40,951 bases of DNA from Phenylobacterium sp. SCN 69-14 (GCA_001724985.1 MEEW01000003.1:1-40951); one strand, 5' to 3'; counted from the stretch's first letter, positions 28,150-38,401 are shown. Made by a program: numbers and translations. The notes: a model not told the origin generated them from the sequence alone.

Positions 28150-29159
28150 CAGTCCTCCGCCTCGTCCTCGTAGCCGACCAGGGCCAGGGCGCGCGCCTTC
28201 ACGCCATGCAGCTCGGCCCAGCGCAGCAACGCCTCCTCCCGGCCATGGGTGATCCACAGCTCGCCCGGCGCCAGTTCGTCGACCGTGGCGGTCAGCTCGT
28301 CCCAGTCGGCATGGTCGGAGATCACCAGCGGCAGCTCGACGCCCCGCTGCCGGGCGCGCGCCCGCACCTGCATCCAGCCCGAGGCGAAGGCCGCCACCGG
28401 ATCGGGAAACCGCCGCGACCAGCGGTCGGCCAGGGCCGAGGGCGGGGCGACGATGATCTGGCCGGCGAAGTCCCCTCGCGCCTCCGAGGTGGCCGGGGCC
28501 AGCGGCCCCAGCCCGATCCCCTGCGCCTCATAGAGCCGGTTCAGCCGCTCCAGCGCGCCATGGACATAGATCGTCCGGTCCCAGCCGGCCTCGCGCAGCA
28601 GGGCGATGATCCGCTGCGCCTTGCCCAGCGCATAGGCGCCGACCATGTGCGCCCGCTGCGGAAACTGCTCGATCGAGCGCAGCAGCCTGGCGATCTCGCG
28701 CCGGTCGTCGGGATGGCGGAACACCGGCAGGCCGAAGGTCGCTTCCGAGATGAAGACGTCACAGGGAACCGGCTCGAAGGGCGGGCAGGTCGGATCGCGC
28801 CGGCGCTTGTAGTCGCCCGAGACCACCATGGTCAGCCCCTTCCAGCGCACCACGGCCTGGGCCGAACCCAGCACGTGCCCGGCCGGGACCAGCGTCACCT
28901 CCACCCCGTCGCGCGAAACGCTCTCCCCGTAGGCCAGCGGCTGCTGCGAGCCGGCGAAGTCCTCGCCATAGCGCTCGGCCATGATCGCCAGGGTCTGCGG
29001 CGTGGCGATCACCGTCCCATGTCCCGCGCGGGCATGGTCGGCGTGGCCGTGGGTGACCACCGCGCGCGCCACCGGAACCACCGGATCGACGAAGAAGTCG
29101 CCCGGCGCGCAATAGAGGCCCTCGGGCCGGGGGCGCAGCAGGGTTTCGGGACGGATCAT
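28149..29159 (-). CDS. Ligase-associated DNA damage response exonuclease (MBL fold)
   Basis: THGHADH, AGHVLGS, SEATFG, SDHADW. Confidence 0.92.
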   Translation of the reverse strand: MIRPETLLRPRPEGLYCAPGDFFVDPVVPVARAVVTHGHADHARAGHGTVIATPQTLAIMAERYGEDFAGSQQPLAYGESVSRDGVEVTLVPAGHVLGSAQAVVRWKGLTMVVSGDYKRRRDPTCPPFEPVPCDVFISEATFGLPVFRHPDDRREIARLLRSIEQFPQRAHMVGAYALGKAQRIIALLREAGWDRTIYVHGALERLNRLYEAQGIGLGPLAPATSEARGDFAGQIIVAPPSALADRWSRRFPDPVAAFASGWMQVRARARQRGVELPLVISDHADWDELTATVDELAPGELWITHGREEALLRWAELHGVKARALALVGYEDEAED

Positions 29160-29263
29160 GTCTCAGCATATGGGTGAGGCGGCCGATGGTTGCTTGGCGA
29201 GGCCGCCCGCGCTTGCCCTACCGTCACGTTGACCCATCGGCGCGGGCGCTGCAAACACGCAGG

Positions 29264-29707
29264 ATGACGATCTCCCCGGAGACCCTTATCGAGGCGGCCC
29301 GGCGCATGGTGGAAGCCGTGCCGCAGGCCGCCGCCCTGGGCTTCAAGCTGCTCTCGGTCGAGCCGGGCAAGGGCTCCATCCTCACCCCTTGGCGCGAAGA
29401 CCTGGTGGGCGATCCCGACACCGGCGTCATCGCCGGAGGCGTGGTCACCGCGCTGCTCGACCATTGCTGCGGCCTGGCGATCACCTCTCGGAGCCTGGAA
29501 GGCGGCTTCCTCTCCACCGCCACGCTCGACCTGCGCATCGACTATATGCGCCCGGCCGCGCCGCGCGCCGACGTCACCGCGACCGCCCATTGCTACAAGC
29601 TGACCCGCAGCATCGCCTTCGTCCGCGCCCACGCCTTCGACGCCGATCCGGACGACCCCATCGCCACGGCCCAGGGGGCCTTCGTGCTGAAGCGGGCGCA
29701 GCCATGA
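29264..29707 (+). CDS. PaaI family thioesterase
   Basis: IAGGVVTALLD, ATLDLRIDYMRPA. Confidence 0.88.
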   Translation: MTISPETLIEAARRMVEAVPQAAALGFKLLSVEPGKGSILTPWREDLVGDPDTGVIAGGVVTALLDHCCGLAITSRSLEGGFLSTATLDLRIDYMRPAAPRADVTATAHCYKLTRSIAFVRAHAFDADPDDPIATAQGAFVLKRAQP

Positions 29708-30120
29708 GCCAGGCCGCCGCCCAGAGGCTGGAAGCCTTCCTCGAGCGCGTGCCCTATGTGCGCTTCCTCGGCATGCGCGCCGAACTGGCGGGCGACGAGA
29801 TGACCGCGATCCTGCCCTTCGCCCCGCACCTGATCGGCAATGTCGCCCTGCCGGCCCTGCACGGCGGGGTGATCGGGGCCTTCATGGAGATGACGGCCCT
29901 GGCCCAGCTCTCGGTGATCGCGCCCAGCCCCAAGGTCCACAAGACCATCGACATCACCATCGAATATCTGCGGCCCGGCAAGGCCCAGGTGATCTACGCC
30001 CGCGCCGACGTGCGCAAGATCGGCCGCCAGATCGCCAACGTCCATGTCGAGGCCTGGCAGGACCATCGCGACAAGCCGGCCGCCGCCCTGCGCGGCCACT
30101 TCCTGCTCAGCGGAACCTGA
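29704..30120 (+). CDS. PaaI family thioesterase
   Basis: LHGGVIGAFME, TIDITIEYLRP. ATGA overlap with the upstream gene. Confidence 0.88.
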   Translation: MSQAAAQRLEAFLERVPYVRFLGMRAELAGDEMTAILPFAPHLIGNVALPALHGGVIGAFMEMTALAQLSVIAPSPKVHKTIDITIEYLRPGKAQVIYARADVRKIGRQIANVHVEAWQDHRDKPAAALRGHFLLSGT

Positions 30121-30124
30121 TGTC

Positions 30125-30505
30125 CTACTGCGCGGCCTTGCGGTCCTCGTGCGGATGGCGGCTGGCCCGCGCGGCCACCACCACGTCGAACACCGCGATC
30201 GCCGCCACCGCCCCCAGGGCGACATAGGCCGCCCGCTTGCGCGGCTCGGCGCGGCCGATCGCCCGGCCCAGCGCCACCAGGTCCATCACATCGCCTCCGG
30301 CCCGCATCCAGAACCACGGCCCCGGCTTGACCGGCGCCAGCAGGCCCGCGCCCGAAGCGATCTCCCGCGCGCCGAACGCGCTCATCGCCTGGTCGTCGAA
30401 CCGCAGCCCCAGGAACCGGCTCACCCGGTCGGGCGCGGCCACGGCGACCACGCCGGCGGCGATCGACAGCAGGCCAAGCGTGCGTTTGACGGCGAGCAGG
30501 TCCAT
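30125..30505 (-). CDS. Small membrane protein of unknown function
   Basis: Hydrophobic segments, GAREIASG and RAGGDVMDL, AAGGAG RBS. Confidence 0.72.
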   Translation of the reverse strand: MDLLAVKRTLGLLSIAAGVVAVAAPDRVSRFLGLRFDDQAMSAFGAREIASGAGLLAPVKPGPWFWMRAGGDVMDLVALGRAIGRAEPRKRAAYVALGAVAAIAVFDVVVAARASRHPHEDRKAAQ

Positions 30506-30534
30506 GGCGGCTCCTTCGGAAGGCTCCGCTTAAG

Positions 30535-30559
30535 GACGCCGAACCCGGCCGCCGGTTCC
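30535..30559 (-). promoter_or_regulatory. SigT/EcfG-like promoter GGAAC-N16-CGTC
   Basis: One mismatch to GGAAC-N16-CGTT, about 30 bp upstream of the start at 30505. Confidence 0.5.
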
Positions 30560-30564
30560 CGGCC

Positions 30565-31566
30565 CTAGTTCTGGCCTGCGGCTTTCCGGTCCTGGGCGAT
30601 CCTGTTCAGTTCGGCCTGGGCGGCCTTCATCGCCGCCGCATCGCCCTTGCTGCGCGCCTGGATCAATTGGCCGGTCGCCTCCATCTCGCGCACCGGGATC
30701 AGGTGGGTGTCGTCGGCCGGCTTGAAGGGCAGGGTCTGGATGCGTTCCAGCACCTTGCGCTGGCGCTCGGCTTCCGGCCCCTCGCCGGTCCCGTAGCTGA
30801 ACATGAAGGCGTCGATCTTGGCCTTCAGCGCCGGATCGAGGTCCTTGCGCCGCACCATCGGGTCTTCGGGAATCCGCGGCGAGGTCCAGATCACCTCCAG
30901 GTCCGCCAGCGTCTTCTTCGACATCTGCGTGCCCAGCATCGCCATCCGGTCCATCGAAGCGGTGTTGTTGGTCGCCGCGTCCAGCAGGCCCTGGGCCACC
31001 GAGAACAGGTTGGCCTCGTGATTGGCCGAGCGCACGGTCTTGAAGCAGGTGTTCGGATCGGCCCCGCGCGGCGCGAACAGATAGGTCATGGGCGCCAGCG
31101 TGCCCGAAGTCGACTTGGCGTCGCCCATGCCGAAGTTCAGCTTGCGGTCGCATTTGAGCAGGCGCTCCAGCGTGATCCCCGCGCCCTTCTTCACCACGAT
31201 CACCGCCTGGTAGCCGTCCGTTCCCGAGGGATTGACCGTCCGGGCGAAGACCTCGCCGTTCGCCCGGCGCACGGCCTCCAGCCCCGACTGGTTGGTGAAC
31301 CAGCCCAGGTCGGTCTGCTTGAAGCGCATCGCCTCGATCAGCGAGGTGTAGTTGGTGCCGAAGAACGGCTTCACCGGCACGCCGACGGCCTTTTCCAGAT
31401 CGGCCAGGAACGGGCCCCAATCGTCCATCTGGGTCTGGCGGCCCTCGGTGGACATGATCGAGAAGTTGACGACCTGCGGCGCGGCCGGTTCGGACGCTTC
31501 CTGCCGGGCGCAGGCCGCAAGGCTGAGCGCCCCTGCGATGGCGATGACGGTGCGGCGCGTGAACAT
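30565..31566 (-). CDS. phnD: Phosphate/phosphite/phosphonate ABC substrate-binding lipoprotein (PhnD family)
   Basis: LAAC lipobox, [17 protein letters not shown]. Confidence 0.85.
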   Translation of the reverse strand: MFTRRTVIAIAGALSLAACARQEASEPAAPQVVNFSIMSTEGRQTQMDDWGPFLADLEKAVGVPVKPFFGTNYTSLIEAMRFKQTDLGWFTNQSGLEAVRRANGEVFARTVNPSGTDGYQAVIVVKKGAGITLERLLKCDRKLNFGMGDAKSTSGTLAPMTYLFAPRGADPNTCFKTVRSANHEANLFSVAQGLLDAATNNTASMDRMAMLGTQMSKKTLADLEVIWTSPRIPEDPMVRRKDLDPALKAKIDAFMFSYGTGEGPEAERQRKVLERIQTLPFKPADDTHLIPVREMEATGQLIQARSKGDAAAMKAAQAELNRIAQDRKAAGQN

Positions 31567-31602
31567 GCGATTTTCCCCCGAAGCAGGTCCGGTGCGGCTT
31601 CT

Positions 31603-31631
31603 GCGCCGTTTGCGTGACAGCTCCGCGACGG
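31603..31631 (-). promoter_or_regulatory. Pho-box-like 11-bp-periodic repeats (CCGTCGC/CTGTCAC/ACGGCGC)
   Basis: Minus-strand heptamers spaced by 4 nt upstream of phnD, resembling CTGTCAT-N4-CTGTCAT. Confidence 0.55.
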
Positions 31632-31686
31632 AGATGAGCGTAAAAGTCTGCTTGAGGCGAGCGCCCACTGGCGTTAGGCCGCGCGC

Positions 31687-33393
31687 ATGTCCGACATCTC
31701 GCTCCAGACCCCCTCCCTGCGCGGCCTCTCGGCTCAGGCGCGCGAAGCGAAAAGCTGGCCCTTCGAACAGGCCCGCATCCTGCTGGACCGGATTCTGAAA
31801 CTGCGACTCACCGACGCCGAGCGCGACCTCGCCGCCAGCCTGATCGGCGAGGGCAAGGCGGCCGAGGCGGTCGCGACCTTCCCCGCGCTCAACCAGCCGG
31901 TGGTCTTCCAGTGCGGATTCGGCGCCTCGGGCCTGCCGCACATGGGCACCTTCGGCGAGGCGGCCCGCCCGACCATGGTGCGCAACGCCTTCCGCGCCCT
32001 GACCGAGGACGCCGTGCCGACCAAGCTGATCGTCTTCTCCGACGACATGGACGGCCTGCGGAAGATTCCCGACAACGTGCCCAACCGCGAGATGCTGGAG
32101 GAGGACCGCGACAAGCCGGTCTCGGCCGTGCGCGACCCGTTCGGCGAGTACGAGAGCTTCGCGGCCCACAATAATGCGCGCCTGCGCGCCTTCCTCGACG
32201 GCTTCGGCTTCGACTACGAGTTCATGTCGTCGACCGACACCTACAAGTCCGGCCGCTTCGACGAGGTGCTGCTGAAGATCCTGGCCCGCTTCGACGCCAT
32301 GCAGGCGGTCATGCTGCCGACCCTGGGCGAGGAGCGTAGAGCCACCTATTCGCCGTTCCTGCCGATCAGCCCCAAGAGCGGCCGCGTGCTGCAGGCCCCG
32401 ACCCTGGAACGCAATGTCGAGAAGGGAACCATCGTCTTCCCGGACGAGGACGGAACCCTCACCGAGGTTCCGGTCACCGGCGGCCACGTGAAGCTGCAAT
32501 GGCGCCCCGACTGGGCGGCCCGCTGGTATGCGCTCAGCGTCGATTTCGAGGCTTCGGGCAAGGACCTGGTCGATTCCGTGCGGGTCTCGAACAAGCTGGT
32601 GAAGGTGCTGGGCGGCACGCCGCCCGAGGCCTTCCACTACGAGCTCTTCATGGACGAGAACAACCAGAAGATCTCCAAGTCCAAGGGCAACGGCCTGACC
32701 ATGGAGGAGTGGCTGCGCTACGGCGCGCCCGAGAGCCTCGCCTACTACATGTACCAGTCGCCGAAGTCGGCCAAGCGGCTCTATTTCGACGTCATCCCCA
32801 AGGCGACGGACGAATACCTCCAGCAGCTCGAGGCCTTCAACAAGGCGCGCGCGGCCTCGAACGCCACGCCGATCGACAACCCCGCCTGGCACGTCCATCG
32901 CGGCGCCCCGCCGCAGAAGGGCTCGCCGCTGTCGTTCTCGCTGCTGCTGAACCTGGTCTCGGCCGCCGACGCATCGACCAAGGACATCCTCTGGGGCTTC
33001 ATCAGCCGCTACATGCCAGGCGCGAGCGCGGAAACCGAGCCGATGCTCGACCGCCTGGTCGGCTATGCGATCAACTACTACGAGGACTTCGTGAAGCCCT
33101 CCAAGCAGTTCCGCGCGCCCGACGAGAAGGAGCGCGCGGCGATCGGCGAACTCCTGGCCCGGTTCAAGGCCCTGCCGGCCGACGCCGACGCCGAGACGAT
33201 CCAGAACGCGGTGTTCGAGGTCGGCAAGGCCGCGGGGTTCGAGCCGCTGCGCGCCTGGTTCCAGGCGCTCTACGAGGTGCTGCTCGGCCAGAGCCAGGGC
33301 CCGCGTTTCGGTTCCTTCGCCGCCATCTTCGGCCTGGAGCGGACCATCGCCCTGATCGAACGGGCGCTGTCGGGCGAGCTGGCCGCCGCCTGA
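31687..33393 (+). CDS. lysS: Lysine--tRNA ligase, class I
   Basis: SGLPHMGT (HIGH-like), [23 protein letters not shown]. Confidence 0.95.
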   Translation: MSDISLQTPSLRGLSAQAREAKSWPFEQARILLDRILKLRLTDAERDLAASLIGEGKAAEAVATFPALNQPVVFQCGFGASGLPHMGTFGEAARPTMVRNAFRALTEDAVPTKLIVFSDDMDGLRKIPDNVPNREMLEEDRDKPVSAVRDPFGEYESFAAHNNARLRAFLDGFGFDYEFMSSTDTYKSGRFDEVLLKILARFDAMQAVMLPTLGEERRATYSPFLPISPKSGRVLQAPTLERNVEKGTIVFPDEDGTLTEVPVTGGHVKLQWRPDWAARWYALSVDFEASGKDLVDSVRVSNKLVKVLGGTPPEAFHYELFMDENNQKISKSKGNGLTMEEWLRYGAPESLAYYMYQSPKSAKRLYFDVIPKATDEYLQQLEAFNKARAASNATPIDNPAWHVHRGAPPQKGSPLSFSLLLNLVSAADASTKDILWGFISRYMPGASAETEPMLDRLVGYAINYYEDFVKPSKQFRAPDEKERAAIGELLARFKALPADADAETIQNAVFEVGKAAGFEPLRAWFQALYEVLLGQSQGPRFGSFAAIFGLERTIALIERALSGELAAA

Positions 33394-33524
33394 GGCCGAT
33401 ACAATTGGTGATCGCGTTCCTGGGCCGCGCCTATGGAACGCAATCCCTCGCGCGCGCATTTCCCAGCAAAGCTTGTTCGCCCCGTCAGCCGGGGCGGGTC
33501 CAACCTGCGTCAGGAAAATCCGCC

Positions 33525-34325
33525 ATGCGCGTTTCGCAACTCACCGCCGCCCTGCTGGCCGTCTCCCTCGCCGTTCCCGTGACGGCCGGCGCCCAGCCGA
33601 CCCTTCGGCAAGGCAATCCGCTCTCCTCGATCTTCGGCTGCGACGCGACCGGCAACAAGCAGGCCGGCGGCGCGGTGATCGGCGGCCTGGTCGGCGGCGT
33701 GGTGGGCAGCAACCTCGCCAAGAACGAACGCACGCTCGGCACGGCGCTGGGCGCCGCGGTCGGGGCCGCGGCCGGCTCCTATATCGGCTGCCGCATGCAG
33801 CGCAGCGACCAGGCCAAGGCCCAGGCCGCGACCCAGTACGCCCTCGACCGCGGCGGCAATCGCTCGTGGACCAATCCGGAGACCGGCGCCTCGGGCGACG
33901 TCCGCGTGGTCTCCACCCAACCCTATGGCGAACCTGTCTCGCTCGGCGGCCTGCGCTTCGCCCCGGGCGTCGAGCCGGCCTCGGGCTACGAGAGCGACGG
34001 CGGCCGCTACGCCCCGCGCTCGACCGTCAACCTGCGCGGCCAGCCCACCACCGCCGGCCCCATCGTCGGCAAGCTGAGGTCCGGCGAAAGCGTCGAAGCC
34101 CTGGCCCGCGTCGCCGGCTCCGACTGGATCCTCGCCGGCCGCAATGGCGAGGCCATCGGCTATGTCGCCGGTTCGGTCGTCCGCCCGGTCGGCGGCGGCG
34201 CCTATGCCGGCGCGCCGGTCTGCCGCACCTTCGACCAGACCATCCGCACCCGCGACGGCGGCCCCCAGACCGAGCGCTACACCGCCTGCAAGGGCGCCGA
34301 CGGCCAATGGGTCGTGCAGAGCTGA
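33525..34325 (+). CDS. Secreted glycine-zipper / 17-kDa-antigen-like protein with SH3b domain
   Basis: Signal peptide, [13 protein letters not shown] zipper, WTNPETG, VNLRGQP...GYV, CRTF...ACK...W. Confidence 0.78.
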   Translation: MRVSQLTAALLAVSLAVPVTAGAQPTLRQGNPLSSIFGCDATGNKQAGGAVIGGLVGGVVGSNLAKNERTLGTALGAAVGAAAGSYIGCRMQRSDQAKAQAATQYALDRGGNRSWTNPETGASGDVRVVSTQPYGEPVSLGGLRFAPGVEPASGYESDGGRYAPRSTVNLRGQPTTAGPIVGKLRSGESVEALARVAGSDWILAGRNGEAIGYVAGSVVRPVGGGAYAGAPVCRTFDQTIRTRDGGPQTERYTACKGADGQWVVQS

Positions 34326-34335
34326 GGACGGCAAA

Positions 34336-34445
34336 ATCCTCCGCGCCGGGGGAGGTGGATCGCCGCAGAGCGGCGAGACGGAGGGGGCTTGCTGAGTCAG
34401 CAGTCCCCTCATTCGGCTTCGCTGACAACTCCCCCGCGGGGGAGC
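34336..34445. repeat. Caulobacter CIR-type palindromic intergenic repeat
   Basis: CCTCC...GGGGGAGG and CTCCCCC...GGGGGAG hairpin arms around the central palindrome TGCTGAGTCAGCA, which contains GANTC. Confidence 0.7.
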
Positions 34446-34455
34446 CTCCAAATCC

Positions 34456-34484
34456 TTGACCTGAACCCTCCACAGGCGCATAAG
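34456..34484 (+). promoter_or_regulatory. Putative housekeeping-sigma promoter of ffh (TTGACC-N17-CATAAG)
   Basis: Good -35 hexamer and spacing. Confidence 0.5.
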
Positions 34485-34622
34485 CGCCCACTTCCGGCGC
34501 ATAGCATTCGCGCCCTCCACCGCCACGACCCCTGCGACGGATGCAGGACGAGGGCGGCGAGGCCCCCCGTCGACGTGATCGTCCACGGGGGTCGATTGCG
34601 TTTGGGCCTATAGGAGATTTGC

Positions 34623-36152
34623 GTGTTCGACGCACTGACAGATCGACTTTCCGGGGTCTTCGACCGCCTCTCCGGGCGGGGCGTGCTCTCGGAAAAGGAC
34701 ATCGACGAAGCCCTGCGCGAGGTTCGCGTCGCCCTGCTCGAGGCCGACGTCGCCCTGCCGGTGGTGCGCGAGTTCATCTCCAAGGCCAAGGAACGGGCCG
34801 CCGGCGAGGAGGTGATCCGCTCGATCCGCCCTGCCGACCAGGTGGTGAAGATCACCTATGACGGCCTGGTGGAGATGCTGGGCGGCGAGACCGCCGAGGG
34901 GCTGAACCTCGCGCTCAACCCGCCGACCGTGATCCTGATGGCCGGCCTGCAGGGCTCGGGCAAGACCACCACCGCCGGCAAGCTGGCCCTGAAGCTGGCC
35001 AAGGACCGCAAGAAGGTCCTGCTGGCCTCGCTCGACACCCGCCGCCCGGCCGCCATGGAGCAGCTCGCCCTGCTGGCCAAGCAGGCCGAGGTCGACAGCC
35101 TGCCGATCGTGCCGGGCCAGTCGGCGCCGGACATCGCCCGCCGCGCCATGTCGGCCGCCAGGCTCCAGGGCTTCGACGTCGTCATCCTCGACACCGCCGG
35201 CCGCACCACCCTCGACGAAGCGATGATGGCCGAGGCGGCCGAGATCGCGAAGATCGCCAATCCGACCGAGACCCTGCTGGTCGCCGACAGCCTGACCGGC
35301 CAGGACGCGGTGCGCACCGCCAAGGCGTTCCACGAGCGCCTGCCCCTGACCGGCCTGGTGCTGACCCGGGCCGATGGCGACGGCCGCGGGGGCGCGGCCC
35401 TGTCGATGCGGGCCGTCACCGGCCTGCCGATCAAGTTCCTTGGCGTCTCCGAGAAGATCGACGGCCTCGACATCTTCGACGCCCGCCGCGTGGCCGGCCG
35501 CATCCTGGGCCAGGGGGACGTGGTCGCCCTGGTCGAGAAGGCCGCCCAGGACCTGGACGTGGCCCGCACCGAGGCCATGGCCAAGAAGCTGGCCAAGGGC
35601 CAGTTCGACCTCGACATGCTGGCCGAGCAGTTCGGCCAGATGAAGCGCATGGGCGGCATGGAAGGCCTGATGGGCCTGCTGCCCGGCGTGCAGAAGGTCA
35701 AGAAGCAGATGGCCGAGGCCAATGTCTCGGACAAGACCATCGACCGCCAGCTCGCCATCATCTCGTCCATGACCAAGGCCGAGCGGAAGAAGCCCGACAT
35801 CCTGCAGGCCTCGCGCAAGCGCCGCATCGCCGCCGGGGCCGGCGTCGACGTGGCCGAGATCAACCGCCTGCTGAAGCAGCATCGCCAGATGGCCGACGCC
35901 TTCAAGATGATGAGCCGCGACGGCGGCAAGGGCTTCGCCCGCATGGCCGGCATGATGGGCGGCGGCGGCATGGACCGCCTCAAGGCCCTGGGCGGCGGCA
36001 AGCTGCCCGCGCCCGATCCCAAGCAACTGGAAGAGCTCGGCAAGCTGGCCGGCCAGGGGGGCGGTCTGCCCGGCCTGGGCGGCCCCGGCGCCCCGAAGCT
36101 TCCCGGCCTCGGCGGCCTGCCGCCGGGCTTCAACCCCTTCAAGAAATCCTAG
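34623..36152 (+). CDS. ffh: Signal recognition particle protein
   Basis: GLQGSGKTTT, DTAGR, DGDGRGG and M domain. Confidence 0.97.
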   Translation: MFDALTDRLSGVFDRLSGRGVLSEKDIDEALREVRVALLEADVALPVVREFISKAKERAAGEEVIRSIRPADQVVKITYDGLVEMLGGETAEGLNLALNPPTVILMAGLQGSGKTTTAGKLALKLAKDRKKVLLASLDTRRPAAMEQLALLAKQAEVDSLPIVPGQSAPDIARRAMSAARLQGFDVVILDTAGRTTLDEAMMAEAAEIAKIANPTETLLVADSLTGQDAVRTAKAFHERLPLTGLVLTRADGDGRGGAALSMRAVTGLPIKFLGVSEKIDGLDIFDARRVAGRILGQGDVVALVEKAAQDLDVARTEAMAKKLAKGQFDLDMLAEQFGQMKRMGGMEGLMGLLPGVQKVKKQMAEANVSDKTIDRQLAIISSMTKAERKKPDILQASRKRRIAAGAGVDVAEINRLLKQHRQMADAFKMMSRDGGKGFARMAGMMGGGGMDRLKALGGGKLPAPDPKQLEELGKLAGQGGGLPGLGGPGAPKLPGLGGLPPGFNPFKKS

Positions 36153-36172
36153 ATCTTACAAAGGACTAACCC

Positions 36173-36637
36173 ATGCTCAAGATCCGTCTCGCCCGTGGCG
36201 GCGCCAAGAAGCGCCCCTACTACAACATCGTCATCGCCGACTCGCACTCGCCGCGCGACGGCCGCTTCATCGAGAAGGTCGGCGCCTACAACCCGATGCT
36301 CAAGAAGGACGACCCGACCCGCGTCACCCTGAAGGTCGAGCGCATCGAGGAGTGGCTGAAGAAGGGCGCCCAGCCGACCGACCGCGTCGCGCGCTTCCTC
36401 AGCACCGCCGGCCTGGTGAAGTGGCAAGCCGGCAACAACCCGCAGAAGGCCGAGCCGGGCCGCAAGGCCAAGGAACGCGCCGAAGAGCGCGCCCAGCGCG
36501 AAGCCGACCGCGCCGCCGCGGCCGCCGAAGCCGCCGCTGCGCCGGCTCCGGAACCGGAAGCCGCCCCGGCCGAGGAAGCTCCGGCCGCCGAGGCCCCGGC
36601 TGCGGAAGAGGCCGCCGCCGAACAGACCGAAGGCTAA
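36173..36637 (+). CDS. rpsP: 30S ribosomal protein S16
   Basis: [33 protein letters not shown]. Confidence 0.97.
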   Translation: MLKIRLARGGAKKRPYYNIVIADSHSPRDGRFIEKVGAYNPMLKKDDPTRVTLKVERIEEWLKKGAQPTDRVARFLSTAGLVKWQAGNNPQKAEPGRKAKERAEERAQREADRAAAAAEAAAAPAPEPEAAPAEEAPAAEAPAAEEAAAEQTEG

Positions 36638-36649
36638 GCCTTCACGGCC

Positions 36650-37189
36650 ATGGGCGATGAAAGGCGCAATCTGATTTTCGTCGCCCAGGTCGGCGCCGCC
36701 CATGGGGTGCGCGGCGAGGTGAAGGTCACGACCTTCACCGCCGACCCCATGGCCCTGGCGGACTACAAGACCCTGCTGCGCCAGGACGGCTCGCCCGCCC
36801 TGACCATCGCGTCGGCCCGCCCCGCCAAGGGCGGGATCGTCGCCCGCCTGAAGGGCGTGGCCGACCGCAACGCCGCCGAGGCCCTGCGCGGCCTGAAACT
36901 CTATATCCCCCGCGACAGCCTGCCCGAGCCGGAGGAGGACGAGTTCTACCTCGCCGACCTCATCGGACTCTTCGTCGAGACCGCCGAGGGCGAGGCGCTC
37001 GGCACGGTCAAGGCGGTGCAGGACTTCGGCGCCGGCGACCTGCTGGAGATCCAGCCCCGCGCCGGTGCGACCTGGTGGCTGCCCTTCACGCGCGAGGCCG
37101 TGCCCGAGGTCCGCCTCGCCCAAGGCAAGCTCATCGCCGCCCCGCCCGCCAGCCTCGAAGCCGACCCGGACGAGGGGCGAGAGGAATAG
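36650..37189 (+). CDS. rimM: Ribosome maturation factor RimM
   Basis: AHGVRGEV, EFYLADLIGL, FGAGDLLEI. Confidence 0.95.
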   Translation: MGDERRNLIFVAQVGAAHGVRGEVKVTTFTADPMALADYKTLLRQDGSPALTIASARPAKGGIVARLKGVADRNAAEALRGLKLYIPRDSLPEPEEDEFYLADLIGLFVETAEGEALGTVKAVQDFGAGDLLEIQPRAGATWWLPFTREAVPEVRLAQGKLIAAPPASLEADPDEGREE

Positions 37190-37225
37190 CCTTTTCCTCC
37201 CCACAACGGGCTGGGCGATCGCAAG

Positions 37226-37352
37226 AGGTGTCACCCCGGTTTGCGAAGCAAGACCGGGGCCCATGAACACAGGCGGATCGGGTTCTGAAAAATCAGGTGT
37301 GATGGATCCCGGACAAGCGCGTACCGCGCTTTCCGGGAAGACACGAGCAAGG
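37226..37352. repeat. Palindromic intergenic repeat (MITE/REP-like), copy B
   Basis: Near-identical to 19454-19603 but lacks a central 25-bp segment. Confidence 0.85.
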
Positions 37353-37403
37353 CCCGCCGCATCCTATCCGACAGCCCTCCCCACGACAGGGAAACAGCCC
37401 CCC

Positions 37404-38264
37404 CTACTTCTTCAGCCGCATCAGGCCTTCCTGCGCCACCGAGGCGATCAGGGTTCCGTCCTGGCCGTAGATCGCGCCGCGCACGAAGCCGCGGCCGCCC
37501 GAGGCGCTGGGGCTGTCCTGGGTGTAGAGGTGCCAGTCGTTGAAGTTCGAGGCCTTGTGGAACCACATGGCGTGGTCGAGGCTCGCCGACTGCAGGCCCG
37601 GCGTCTGCCAGACCACTCCATGCGGGCGCATGGCGGTCGACAGCAGGTTCATGTCCGAGGCGTAGGCCAGGATCACCTGATGCATGCGCGCATCCTCGCC
37701 GATCGGCGCCACGGCCCGCATCCAGGTGTCGCTCTTCGGCTCGCTCGGCTGGGGCTTGCGGCCGAAGCCGTAATTGTCGCGGCCGACCATCTCGATCGGG
37801 CGCGGCCGGTTCATCATCCGGCGCATCTCTTCGCTCATGCCCTCCAGCACGGCCTGCTTCTGCGCCTCGGCCTCCTGGGCCATCTCATTGACGCTGCGCA
37901 CCGCCGGCATCGGGGCCTGGTGTTCGAAGCCCTCCTCGGCGACCTGGAACGAGGCGGCGAGGTTGAAGATCTGCTTGCCGTTCTGCACGGCGATCACCCG
38001 CCGCGTGGTGAAGCTGCCGCCGTCGCGCGAGCGGTCGACGTCGAACAGGATCGGGATTCGCGGGTCGCCCGGCCGGATGAAATAGCAGTGCAGCGAGTGG
38101 CAGATGCGATCCTCGACCGTCTCATAGGCGGCCAGCAGCGACTGGGCGATCACCTGGCCGCCGAAGATCCGGCCCGGCCCGTCGTCGGGCGAGACGCCGC
38201 GGAAGGTGTTCACCTCGATGCGCTCCAGCGCCAGGGTCTCGGTGAGGATTTCGGGCGTTTCCAT
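37404..38264 (-). CDS. tesB: Acyl-CoA thioesterase II
   Basis: IFGGQVIAQ, HSLHCYF, RDGGSF, AYASD, SLDHAMWFH, QEGLMR. Confidence 0.92.
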   Translation of the reverse strand: METPEILTETLALERIEVNTFRGVSPDDGPGRIFGGQVIAQSLLAAYETVEDRICHSLHCYFIRPGDPRIPILFDVDRSRDGGSFTTRRVIAVQNGKQIFNLAASFQVAEEGFEHQAPMPAVRSVNEMAQEAEAQKQAVLEGMSEEMRRMMNRPRPIEMVGRDNYGFGRKPQPSEPKSDTWMRAVAPIGEDARMHQVILAYASDMNLLSTAMRPHGVVWQTPGLQSASLDHAMWFHKASNFNDWHLYTQDSPSASGGRGFVRGAIYGQDGTLIASVAQEGLMRLKK

Positions 38265-38401
38265 TGCGGTCTCTGAAAATGCTGCGAGTGCGAAAGGGCT
38301 TGGCTTAAGCCCAAGGTCCACGCCCGGCAAGTCGTCGCGAAGTCGCGTTCTGCTGACGGCGGCCATAGAAAACCTGCGGCGTTTGGTCCAAAAGCCGCGC
38401 C

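Noticed and set aside
31687-33393. Class I LysRS as an oddity
   Set aside because: Well known in alphaproteobacteria.
35940-36637. Gly/Pro-rich tail of Ffh and Ala/Glu/Pro-rich tail of S16
   Set aside because: Low-complexity extensions are common in alphaproteobacterial orthologues.
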